Part shown: piece by piece, positions 1-10,207 of the stretch
Position numbering within the stretch: the first letter of the stretch is position 1
How the letters are laid out: each line of letters begins with the position of its first letter
Assembly: GCF_006345805.1 (NCBI RefSeq)
Contig: NC_043003.1
Span: 30,690,001 to 30,754,000, forward strand
Reading direction: 5' to 3'
DNA length: 64,000 bases
Origin: Octopus sinensis
Taxonomy: Eukaryota
Translations under genes and position numbers: made by a program
Notes under the pieces: generated by a model
Told to the model about the DNA's origin: nothing
Database searches by the model: none
Seen by the model: only the letters and a program-made list of their open reading frames with translations

Positions 1-1
1 C

Positions 2-2350
2 TTCCCAGGCGAAGAATGCACCCCACAACATAGACTGGTAGTTAGTGACTTTAGGATCAGGACTAAGAGGGCGACTAGAAGACGACCAACTTGGAGAAGG
101 GTCTGGAAGCTTAAAGACCCTGCGAATGGACAGAGATTTAGAGATATGTTACTTGAAGCCTTTGACGAAGTGGAAGGGGGTATAGCTACACATGGGGTAG
201 AAGACAACTGGACGTTTCTGAGGGACAACCTGCTGAAAGCCGCTGACCAGATCTGTGGCTGGTGCAAAGTCCCCTTAAGACCCAAAATAACATGGTGGTG
301 GAACAATATTGTTGATAGGGCTATTAGACAAAAGAAACAGGCTTGGAAGGCCTGGAAGAACGGTGGTAGCAGGGAAGTGTATCAGACTGCCAGAAGGGAA
401 GCTAGGAGACAGGTCTATCTAGCCAGAGGGGAAGCAGATAAAAGAAAATTTGCCAATGTCCTGCGCCGTGAGGATGAAAGACTTGAGGTATTTCGTGTTG
501 CAAGACAGTGTGTGAGAGAGAATCGAGATGTGGTAGGAGAGAAATGTGTTCGCATGGAGGATGGCTTACTTGCGCTAAATGAGGATGCAAAGAGAGAAGC
601 TTGGAGACGCCACTATGAAAGGTTGCTGAATGAGGAAAATGAATGGGATAAAGAGAGTCTGCCGAATGTTGACCCAACAGAGGGACCAGCTATCCGAGTT
701 GATAGTTCCGTGGTAGCTAAGGCAATTAGAAGCATGAAGACAGGGAAAGCCCCAGGCCCATCAGGAATTACTGCAGAGATGCTCAAAATATCTGGTAGTG
801 TCGGCTATAGCATAGTCACCCGTATAGTTAACCAGGTGATACACGAAGGAGTCATACCCAATGACTGGTGTAGCAGCATAATAGTCAACTGCTACAAAGG
901 TAAAGGCGATGCCCTAGATACAAATAACTACAGGGGCATCAAGCTGCTGGATCAGGTAATGAAGGTTACGGAGAGGGTTATAGCCCAGTTAATTAGAGAG
1001 AGAGTTAGCTTAGATGATATGCAGTTTGGGTTCGTGCCAGGGAAAAGTACTACTGATGCTATATTCCTGGTAAGACAGCTGCAGGAGAAATACCTAGCCA
1101 AAGGTAAGCCCTTGTACCTGGCTTTTGTTGACTTAGAGAAAGCCTTTGACAGGGTCCCCCGATCCCTTATCTGGTGGTCAATGAGGAAACTAGGGATAGA
1201 TGAATGGTTAGTGAGAGCTGTGCGAGCCATATACAGAGACGCAGCTAGTAAGGTGAGGGTTGGCAACGAGTACAGTGAAGAATTCCGGGTAGAGGTTGGG
1301 GTCCACCAAGGTTCAGTCCTCAGCCCCCTCCTATTTATCATAGTCCTCCAGGCAATAACGGAAGAATTTAAGACAGGATGCCCCTGGGAGCTCCTATATG
1401 CTGATGACCTTGCTCTAATTGCTGAGTCACTATCAGAACTGGAGGAGAAGTTTCAGGTGTGGAAACAAGGATTAGAATCGAAGGGCCTTAGAATCAACCT
1501 AGCCAAAACCAAAGTCCTAATAAGTAGGAAGGTGGACCAACCACAAACGACTTCAGGTAGATGGCCCTGCTCGATCTGTAAAAAAGGTGTAGGTAGAAAC
1601 TCTATAAGGTGCACCAAGTGTAAGCTATGGACACATAAGAGGTGCAGCAATGTCAAAGGAAGGCTAACTAAGAAAATAGTTTTTGTCTGTGGCAGATGCT
1701 CAAGAGAAATAAACACTGGAAATGTGCAGAGACCAACTTCTACCACGTTCCAGGGAGACAAACTAGAAGTAGTTGATAGCTTCCGTTACCTAGGAGACCA
1801 AGTCAGTAGCGGGGGTGGGTGTGCTGAAAGTGTAACTGCTAGAGTAAGAATAGCCTGGGCAAAGTTTAGAGAGCTCTTACCCCTGCTGGTGACAAAAGGC
1901 CTCTCGCTAAGAGTAAAAGGCAGACTATATGATGCGTGTGTACGTACAGCCATGCTACATGGTAGTGAAACATGGGCCGTGACAGCTGAGGATATGCGTA
2001 AGCTTGCAAGAAATGAAGCCAGTATGCTCCGATGGATGTGTAATGTCAGTGTTCATAATCGTCAGAGTGTAAGTACTTTGAGAGAAAAGTTGAACCTAAG
2101 AAGTGTCAGTTGTGGTGTGCAAGAGAGACGGCTGCGCTGGTATGGTCATGTGACGAGAATGGCTGAAGATAGTTGTGTGCAAAAGTGCTACACCCTAGCA
2201 GTTGAGGGAACCTGTGGAAGAGGTAGACCCAGGAAAACCTGGGACGAGGTGGTGAAGCACGACCTTCGAACTTTAGGTCTCACCAAGGAAATGACTGAAG
2301 ACCGAGTCCTATGGAAGTGTGCTGTGCATGAGAGGACCCGGCAGGACTAG
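2..2350 (+). CDS. LINE ORF2 polyprotein (endonuclease C-terminus, reverse transcriptase, PHD-like finger), 5'-partial
   Basis: The frame is open from base 2 (FPGEECTPQHRLVVSDF, an RTE-type APE end) to TAG at 2350. RT motifs: KAPGPSG, YRGIKLL, QFGF, FVDLEKAFD, GVHQGSVLSPLLF, YADD (1397-1408), FRYLG; RTE C-terminus RLRWYGHV...GRGRP. Confidence 0.95.
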   Translation, partial: FPGEECTPQHRLVVSDFRIRTKRATRRRPTWRRVWKLKDPANGQRFRDMLLEAFDEVEGGIATHGVEDNWTFLRDNLLKAADQICGWCKVPLRPKITWWWNNIVDRAIRQKKQAWKAWKNGGSREVYQTARREARRQVYLARGEADKRKFANVLRREDERLEVFRVARQCVRENRDVVGEKCVRMEDGLLALNEDAKREAWRRHYERLLNEENEWDKESLPNVDPTEGPAIRVDSSVVAKAIRSMKTGKAPGPSGITAEMLKISGSVGYSIVTRIVNQVIHEGVIPNDWCSSIIVNCYKGKGDALDTNNYRGIKLLDQVMKVTERVIAQLIRERVSLDDMQFGFVPGKSTTDAIFLVRQLQEKYLAKGKPLYLAFVDLEKAFDRVPRSLIWWSMRKLGIDEWLVRAVRAIYRDAASKVRVGNEYSEEFRVEVGVHQGSVLSPLLFIIVLQAITEEFKTGCPWELLYADDLALIAESLSELEEKFQVWKQGLESKGLRINLAKTKVLISRKVDQPQTTSGRWPCSICKKGVGRNSIRCTKCKLWTHKRCSNVKGRLTKKIVFVCGRCSREINTGNVQRPTSTTFQGDKLEVVDSFRYLGDQVSSGGGCAESVTARVRIAWAKFRELLPLLVTKGLSLRVKGRLYDACVRTAMLHGSETWAVTAEDMRKLARNEASMLRWMCNVSVHNRQSVSTLREKLNLRSVSCGVQERRLRWYGHVTRMAEDSCVQKCYTLAVEGTCGRGRPRKTWDEVVKHDLRTLGLTKEMTEDRVLWKCAVHERTRQD
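1568..1699 (+). other. C4HC3 (PHD-type) zinc finger inserted within the RT domain
   Basis: CSIC-x10-CTKC-x4-H-x2-C-x14-CGRC lies between GLRINLAKTKVL and KLEVVDSFRYLG. Confidence 0.85.
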
Positions 2351-4710
2351 TCAGGCCATATCCCGTGGCCCCTACCTGGGACGTAGTCGATCCACCTGTG
2401 CATACCTTCCTTCTTGTGACACTTGTGAAGACCTGCTGAGGCAAGTGAAAATCAATCAAAATAGATGAACATCAATGGAATTTGTATCTTTGTGGTACCA
2501 GTGCCTGTGGCACACAAGAAAACCATCCGAACGTGGCCGTAGCCAGTACCGCATCGACTGGCCTCCGTGCTGTGGGAACATAGTGGCACATAAAAACACC
2601 ATCCGAAGACCCGGCAAGACTAGTCAGGTCATAACCGTGGGCCCTACCTGGGACGTAGTCAGTCCACCTGTACATACCTTCCTTCTTGTGACACTTGTGA
2701 AGACCTGTTGAGGCAAGTGAAAATCAAAACAAATCAAAATAGATGAACATCAATGGAATTTGTATCTTTGTGGTACCAGTGCCGGTGGCACACAAGAATC
2801 CATCCGAACGTGGCCGTAGTCAGTACCGCTTGTGGTACCAGTGCCGGTGGCACACAAGAATCCATCCGAACGTGGCCGTAGTCAGTACCGCATCACTGGC
2901 CATCGTGCTGTGGGCACATAACAAACACCATCCGGTCGTGGCCGTTCGCCAGCCTCATCTAGCACCTGTGTCGGTGGCACATAAAAAGTAGTCAGTACCG
3001 CTTGTGGTACCAGTGCCGGTGGCACACAAGAATCCATCCGAACATGGCCGTAGTCAGTACCGCATCACTGGCCATCGTGCTGTGGGCACATAACAAACAC
3101 CATCCGGTCGTGGCCGTTCACCAGCCTCATCTAGCACCTGTGTCGGTGGAACATAAAAACACCATCCGAAGACCCGGCAAGACTAGTCAGGCCATAAACC
3201 ATGGCCCCTACCTGGGACGTAGTCAGTCCACCTGTGCATACCTTCCTCCTTGTGATACTTGTGAAGGCCTGTTGAGGCAAGTGAAAATCGAAATCAAAAT
3301 CAAATCAAAACAAATCAAAATAGATGAACATCAATGGAATTTGTATCTTTGTGGTACCAGTGCCGGTGGCACACAAGAGAAAACCATCCGAAAGTGGCCG
3401 TAGCCAGTACCGCATCGACTGGCCTCCGTGCTGTGGGCACATCCGAAAGTGGCCGTAGCCAGTACCGCATCGACTGGCCTCCGTGCTGTGGGCACATGAC
3501 AAACACCATCCGATCGTGGCCGTTCGCCAGCCTCATCTAGCACCTGTGTCGGTGGCACATAAAAACACCATCCGAAGACCCGGCAAGACTAGTCAGGCCA
3601 TAACCCATGGCCCCTACCTGGGACGTAGTCAGTCCACCTGGGCATACCTTCCTTCTTGTGACACTTGTGAAGACCTGTTGAGGCAAGTGAAAATCAAAAT
3701 CAAAATCAAAACAAATCAAAATAGATGAACATCAATGGAATCTGTATCTTTGTGGTACCAGTGCCGGTGGCACACACTTTGTGGTACCAGTGCTGGTGGC
3801 ACACATGAGAACCATCCGAATGTGGCCGTAGCCAGTTCCGCATCGACCGGCCTCCGTGCTGTGGGCACGTAACAAACACCATCCGATCATGGCCGTTCGC
3901 CAGCCTCATCTGGCACCTGTGTCGGTGGCACATAAAAACACCTTCCGAAGACCCGGCAAGACTAGTCAGTCCACCTGTGCATACCTTCCTTCTTGTGACA
4001 CTTGTGAAGACCGGTTGAGGCAAGTGAAAATCAAAATCAAAATCAAAATCAAAATCAAAATCAAAATCAAAATAGACAAAATAGATGAACATCAATGGAA
4101 TTTGTATCTTGTGGTACCAGTGCCTGTGGCACACAAGAAATCCATCAGTGCTGTAGTCAGTGCGGTGGGCACATGACAAACACCATCCGATCGTGGCCGT
4201 TCGCCAGCCTCATCTAGCACCTGTGTCGGTGGCACATAAAAACACCATCCGAAGACCCGGCAAGACTAGTCAGGCCATAACCCATGGCCCCTACCTGGGA
4301 CGTAGTCAGTCCACCTGTGCATACCTTCCTTCTTGTGACACTTGTGAAGACCTGTTGAGGCAAGTGAAAATCAAATCAAAACAAATCAAAATAGATGAAC
4401 ATCAATGGAATTTGTATCTTTGTGGTACCAGTGCCGGTGGCACGTGGCACACAATAAAACCATCCGAACGTGGCCGTAGCCAGTACCGCATCGACTGGCC
4501 TCCGTGCTGTGGGCACGTAACAAGCACCATCCGATCGTGGCCGTTTGCCAGCCTCATCTGGCACCTGTGTCGGTGGCACATAAAAACACCATCCGAGCGT
4601 GGCCGTCTGCCAGCCTCGTCTGGCACCTGTGTCGGTGGCACATAAAAAACACCATCCGAGCGTGGCCGTTTGCCAGCCTCGTCTGGCACCTGTGTCGGTG
4701 GCACATAAAA
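2336..4710 (+). repeat. Modular tandem repeat array forming the LINE 3' UTR
   Basis: Six higher-order units start with GACCCGGCA(A/G)GACTAG near 2336, 2608, 3171, 3577, 3950 and 4254. They are built from modules that begin CCATCCGA and end GTG..GGCAC plus an A-rich run, with a variable (AAAATC)n tract. Confidence 0.92.
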
Positions 4711-5197
4711 TCACCCACTACACTCTTGGAGTGGTTGGCGTTAGGAAGGGCATCCAGCTGTAGAAACACTGCCAGATCTGACTGGACTGGTGCAGCTTTC
4801 GGGCTCCCCAGACCCCAGTTGAACCGTCCAACCCATGCTAGCATGGAAAGCGGACGTTAAATGATGATGATGATGATGATTTATATACATATATATATTT
4901 ATTTATATACATATATATATATTTATTTATATACATATATATATATTTATTTATATACGTATATATATATATTTATTTATATACATATATATAAGTATGG
5001 TAAAATCCAGCAGCAAGTTGTAAAATTTTTTGGTATTATTTATTGAATAAATAATACCATAAAATTTTCCAATTTCCTGTTTTGTTACATATATATAAAA
5101 CATATTTAATGTATGTGTGTCATTATACTTTAGAGCTACATGAAACAAAATCGTCTCAGAAAGTATCAGCAAGAGCAACTCACAATATCCTACTTAA

Positions 5198-5293
5198 TAG
5201 TAATGATATAACTATACAACCACTTTATTGTATAGTAATGATATAACTATACAACCACTTTATTATATAGTAAAGATATAACTATACAAACAC
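5198..5293. repeat. 35-bp minisatellite, ~2.8 copies
   Basis: Unit TAGTAATGATATAACTATACAACCACTTTATTGTA at 5198, 5233 and 5268 (partial). Confidence 0.85.
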
Positions 5294-5651
5294 TGAACAA
5301 AATATTGTCGACAGGGAACCCATAGCTGTCAGCTGAAATACATTATTAATTAATACAATTACTAATACACAATACATTACATTAGCATCAATTGTCCTCT
5401 TAACACACCATACAAACAATAGACTGTATAAATTTCTCCTCCTACTTGGCAGTTATTGTTGTTGTACTGCTGCTATTGTTTTGTAATCGGTTAGGTCAGC
5501 CACAATTGAGCAGACTTGATTTAGTAACCAGATGAATGACCTGAAGCAACTCATCATGCCATATACAGGATATTGTCATTCAGTTGAAAACTATACTGTT
5601 CTGTTCTGATATATGCAATAAAATATGTGGTGCAGTGTTTGTTACATTCTG

Positions 5652-6627
5652 GGTATGTTGGGCTCTCTCTGCTATTCAGCCCGTTTCCATGTGAGTATGT
5701 ATGTTTGTTGGTGTTCTTTAGCTCAAAGAAAACTATGGTTGAGTAGACCTATGCTCATTGGCATTCCAGCAATGACCACTGTTACCTGTTTTAGCCCTTT
5801 AGCTTCTAAATCAGCCATGTCCATCCCAAATATTCTATCTGTTTTATGTTCAAACTGGACGGATCTTGTCTCTCTTACCTACCCTACAATGTCATTCTAA
5901 AAATAAACAGCCAAAACATTGAAATCTCAAATCTATGATATAAGCATTATATTTGACAGAATGCTATAGGGTTACTGCTCCTTTTTGACCCTTGGAGTCA
6001 ACATGTGGATCAGGTCTAGTCTAGTATGACTTCCTTCTACCAGTCTTTGAGGCCCTGAAAAATGTCAAAGGCATTGCCCTTTCACCTCTAAGTTATGAAG
6101 AGAAATTTTCAAAAAGCCTCACATTATCTAATGTCTCCTCTTATTTAATTCAGTAGGGTGTGGTTGAGGGATGTTTGGTTGCTATTTCTAGCAGGTTGAA
6201 CGACCTCATAATAGCACCCTTGTTATTTCATATGGCAGCCTCACCAGACACCAGTGTGGTTCATCAAGCACCTAACACTGTTGTGTATGAAAGATGCATT
6301 GTACATCTTAGGTGCACACAGTTACACTAAATAATAAGGAAGAATTGTTGACATGTCACATTGACATTCTAAGTTCAAATCTTGCTGTAGTCAACTTTGC
6401 CTTTTGTCTTTTTTGTGGTAGATAAAATAAAGAACTAGTTAAGCACTGGTATGTTGGGCTCTCTCTGCTATTCAGCCTGTTTCCATGTGTGTATGTATGT
6501 TGTTCTTTAGCTCGAAAACAACTATGGCTGAGTAGACCTCTGCTCATAGGCATTCCAGCAATGACCGCTGTTAGCTGTTTTAGCCCTTTAGTATTTAAAT
6601 CAGCCATGTCCATCCCAAATATTCTAT
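5652..6627 (+). repeat. Local direct duplication (~185 bp) at 5652-5838 and 6448-6627
   Basis: Both copies run GGTATGTTGGGCTCTCTCTGCTATTCAGCC...CATCCCAAATATTCTAT with scattered substitutions. Confidence 0.85.
5795..5971. mobile_element. Degenerate piggyBac-type MITE
   Basis: CCCTTTAGC...GCTATAGGG ends with TTAG/TTAC flanks; the body matches the copies at 44283 and 57121. Confidence 0.6.
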
Positions 6628-6689
6628 TCCACTTTCTCCCTCCAATCAAAATTGCTGGCTTTGTGCCTAAACTTGAAAACTATAACCTT

Positions 6690-7040
6690 TCAATTTTGTT
6701 TTAGTCATTGGACTGCAGTCATGCTGGGGCACCACTTTGAAGCGTGGTGCCAAACAAATTGGCTGCAGTACTTATTTTTCAGTCTGGTACTTATTCTATC
6801 ACTCTTTTACTAACCACTAAGTCATAGGGACATAAACAAATGCAGACACAAAGATATCCCCCACACACATATACACATATTTACAGTGGGCTTTCACACA
6901 GTCTCCGCCTACCAAATTCACCCACAAGATACTGGTTGGCCAGGTATCATAATAGAATACATTTGCCCAAGGTGCCATGCTGTGGAAATGAACCCATGTG
7001 GTTGCAGAGTGAGCTTCTTAACCACACAGCCATGCATGCA
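6690..7040 (-). mobile_element. tRNA-derived SINE, family B (degenerate)
   Basis: Reverse-complement match to the 10617-11013 copy (GGCTGTGTGGTTAAG head, CACCTTGGGCAA core, CAATGACTAAAAC tail). Confidence 0.7.
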
Positions 7041-7437
7041 CTTTCGAAAATCATTGAAGTAAATAACACTAGAATCTTTGTCTTTGACATCCTCTTCCAT
7101 TTCCTTAATGACTAGCCTATGATGTATGTGATGTTGTGCACTCATGATTGGCTAATCCATTTTCCCCCACTGGATCAAAATTGGTGAGATCAGCAGCTTT
7201 GCTAAATCCAAGTTTAAATCTGGGTTGGTCCTCATCAACATTGGAAATGTGTCTTTTACCAAAGCCCCTCCAACATATCAGGTTCTGTTGCTCTATATTT
7301 GTGAATCAATAGAACTTTACACTGAACATAAGACATAAAGGAGAGGTACAACAGCTTGGTTACAAGTGGAAAAGCAAAACTGTAAGACATATGTATGTAT
7401 GTGTATGTATCTATGTGTATGTATCTATGTGTATGTA

Positions 7438-7481
<44 letters not shown>

Positions 7482-7513
7482 CACGCACACACACACACAT
7501 ATATATATATATA

Positions 7514-8840
7514 CTAGCAGAGGCATCCAGTATTTCCCAGGAATGAAATTGTTCCTTATATATTGGAAGAAAAAAGCAAAATATGTTGAATATGTTCAAT
7601 TTATTCTTCAGTTGGGAAATCAATTCTGAATTCATAATACAAAAAAATAACGATAATAAAAAAGGAAAATACAAAATTTACCACTTTTATGAAGGAAATT
7701 ACCTGGGTTTTTTTTTTCATACCAAAGTGATATCTATCTTCTTAGGTCAAATACACAGATTAATGGATACTGGAGTGCATCATATGATTGGTGAATCTTA
7801 TTTTCTCTTCCTTGAATAATAATATCTCTCTTCCCATACTCGTTGCCTGTAATAACTGCTGCTACTTCATTTGCAGCAGGGGCATTGTAGTAGCCTCTGT
7901 GCTCAGCAATAGGCTTTTTGTCTGTATCAATATCTATCTTGTATTCAATGGGTGGTGCAGATTCCAGTGCATGCTTGAAGCTTCTGATGTAGCTATTATT
8001 TGCATGCAACATATCTTGCAGTTCAAAGATTAACTCTTCTTTCAAATTTGGAAGGTTAAATGACTATTGCAAAGCCTGCTCCTTGTAATTTGCCACAAAA
8101 TATAGCTGTAAAAGCTGAGGATTTTTGCTTTCAGTTGGCAACAAAAATCCAATACTTGACCTTAAACTTTAAAAGTTGGCTTCATGTTCCCTTCTCTTAT
8201 AATATTGCTACCAAAGGGGGTCATTTGAAAAGCAGAATTATAATTCCTAATGTTTTTCAAGAATTTCATGATCCTTGGTTCTTTTCTCAAAAGCAATGCC
8301 TTCAAAGTATCTGGGGGTTGGTGTACCAAACGTCCGTAAAGCAACCGTTCCTCCACCACAACACATAGTAGTGGTTTCTCTTTCCCATTTCTTTCCTTTA
8401 CAAAAACTGCACTCTTTTGACATTGCTCCAATATCAATAAATTTCTCTGTTGAATAATCATGTTTTGGATCATAGATGGAAGCTGATCTTTTCCAAGTCC
8501 CTTTAAAAGGTGCAACTCTTTTGTCAAATGTATTCCTCCCATCTTGATGAAGATGGTTATGTCTTTCCTCTGTGGATTGGAGAAGTCTTGCAGCAACTGT
8601 TTGCTCCAGGTTTTTTCTTTGTCTCATCTCTCGCTGACCTACTGTCTCATTGGCAACTTTGACAGCTTGTCTTTGTCTTGCATCCTTTAAACCCTTTTCT
8701 CTTTTCTTTTTTTTGACTCTTGACTCCTGCAGATTGCATTTTGTTGATGTAATTTGTTGCCTCTTGTGACTCATTATCCCTACATGCAGCAGCTCTCAAA
8801 CATAAGGGCACACACACACATTCTCTTTTATATATATAGA
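7514..8840 (-). mobile_element. Internally deleted Helitron with both termini
   Basis: On minus: A|TCTATATATATAAAAG start at 8840, degenerate subterminal hairpin (CCTGGGAAATACTGG) and CTAG|T end at 7514. Inserted at an A/T dinucleotide; no TSD. Confidence 0.8.
7734..8774 (-). pseudogene. Frameshifted N-terminal fragment of Helitron RepHel protein
   Basis: Across three frames: IGAMSKECSFCKGKKWERETTTMCCGGG, FLKNIRNYNSAFQMT, and LQDMLHANNSYIRSFK...YNAPAANEVAAVITG...KRDII...HQSYDALQYPL. No Rep HUH or helicase motifs remain. Confidence 0.85.
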
Positions 8841-8900
8841 TACACACACACACACATGTAAAAATCATTGTTCATCGATAAATTTGACAAGACTGTTTTG

Positions 8901-8931
8901 CTGATGAGTTCCAATAAAGCTGAAACATGTC
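8901..8931 (+). other. Possible degenerate minimal type-I hammerhead ribozyme motif
   Basis: CTGATGAG-N13-GAAAC-ATG-TC: catalytic core plus palindromic ACATGT helix III. Helices I and II pair poorly. Confidence 0.3.
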
Positions 8932-8949
8932 TGTAGTTGTCATCTTGCC

Positions 8950-10166
8950 TGGCACCTTGGGCAAGTGTCTTCTGCTATAGCCTCAGGCCAACCAAAGCCT
9001 TGTGAGCGGATTTGGTAGACGGAAACTTAAAGAAGCCCGTCATATATGTATATATATATATATACACACACATATATATATGTGTGTGTGTGTATATGTT
9101 TGTGTGTCTGTGTTTGTCCACCCAACATTGCTTGACAACCGACGCTGGTGTGTTTATGTCCCTGTAACTTAGCGGTTCGGCAAAAGAGACCGATAGAATA
9201 AGTACTAGGCTTACAAAGAATAAGTCCTGTGGTTGATTTGCTCGGCTAAAGGCGGTACTCCAGCATGGCCACAGTCACATGACTAAAAGAAGTAAAAGAG
9301 AGTAAAGAGATGTATTTATGTATATTTAAATATATATGTGTGTGTATGTGTGTGTGTAGTTAAATAAGATTTAGGTAAAAACCTTGTAGAATTCTATGCA
9401 AAGCTTGTCCACAGTTATCGGTTACTTGATATCATACAGTAGAAATGTTCCTGGATATAAAAGGTCAATCTTCATCACTATATCACTTTATTATCTCTAA
9501 ATGCTAAATTTTATCATTTTATTCTGCATTCTGTTTTGCACTTTTCTTCCTTATAATATGACCATGAAAATTGTATTTTGTCTGTCACTATATCTCTGGG
9601 TTTAGATTTTCTGTAAACTGCTGAAAATGGCACCTCACTTTGAGTATGCATTCTCACACTGAGTAAAATGATGGTAGGGTCTAACAAATGGCATATTTAG
9701 ACAGTCACCCAAGGTGGTGCATTTTACAAGTTGGACATATGATAATGATTACACTATATCTCACCAATGTACTATGAGTAAAAAAGTGTGGAAACAATCA
9801 TAGTGATTTCGAATAATGCCTTCCATTTTTATAGACTGACCATGCTGGGGCACTGCCTTGAGTAATTTTAGTAGAACTAATCAACTCCAGTACTTATTCA
9901 ATTGGTCTCTTTTGCTGAACTGCTAAATTACAGTGATGTAAACACACCGACACTGGTTGCCAAGCAGTGGTAGCAAACAAACACACATACATAAATATAC
10001 CATGAGCTTGTTTCAGTTTCCATCTACTAAATTCACTCACAAAGCTTTGGTTGGCCTAAGGCTATATTAGAAGAGACTTGGCCAAGGTGCCAAGCAGTGG
10101 GATTGAGTGAACCTGGAACCATGTGGCTGGGCTGCAAATTTCTTACCACACAGCCAAGTCTGTGTC

Positions 10167-10207
<41 letters not shown>

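Larger units (their letters stand above)
1..4880 (+). mobile_element. RTE-clade non-LTR retrotransposon (LINE); 5' part lies outside the window
   Basis: Uninterrupted ORF with APE-endonuclease end, RT and C-terminal domain, then a 2.4-kb repetitive 3' UTR, a terminal segment with the CATGCTAGCATG palindrome and a (GAT)n tail ending at 4880. Confidence 0.93.

Noticed and set aside
402-1761. Minus-strand ORFs 402-677, 952-1341 and 1453-1761
   Set aside because: Antisense shadows of the RT ORF with no independent features.
3268-3288. CTGTTGAGGCAAGTGAAA as a hammerhead core in each UTR unit
   Set aside because: The invariant A of CUGA is replaced in every copy, and no helix II or III can be formed.
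2336-4710. CRISPR-like repeat-spacer appearance of the array
   Set aside because: The spacers are themselves repeated, spacing is irregular, there are no cas genes, the context is eukaryotic, and the array is contiguous with a LINE ORF and tail.
4595-4710. HDV-like ribozyme suggested by GCCAGCCTCGTCTGGC
   Set aside because: It resembles P3/L3 only; I could not build P1, P1.1, P2 and J4/2 by eye. A descriptor search would be needed.
2472-4860. Many short ORFs over the UTR array
   Set aside because: By-products of the tandem modules; the peptides repeat and shift frame with the modules.
7130-7270. Minus frame YVGGALVKDTFPMLMRTNPDLNLDLAKAADLTNFDPVGENGL
   Set aside because: Protein-like, but bounded by stops, with no convincing splice sites and no recognised homolog.
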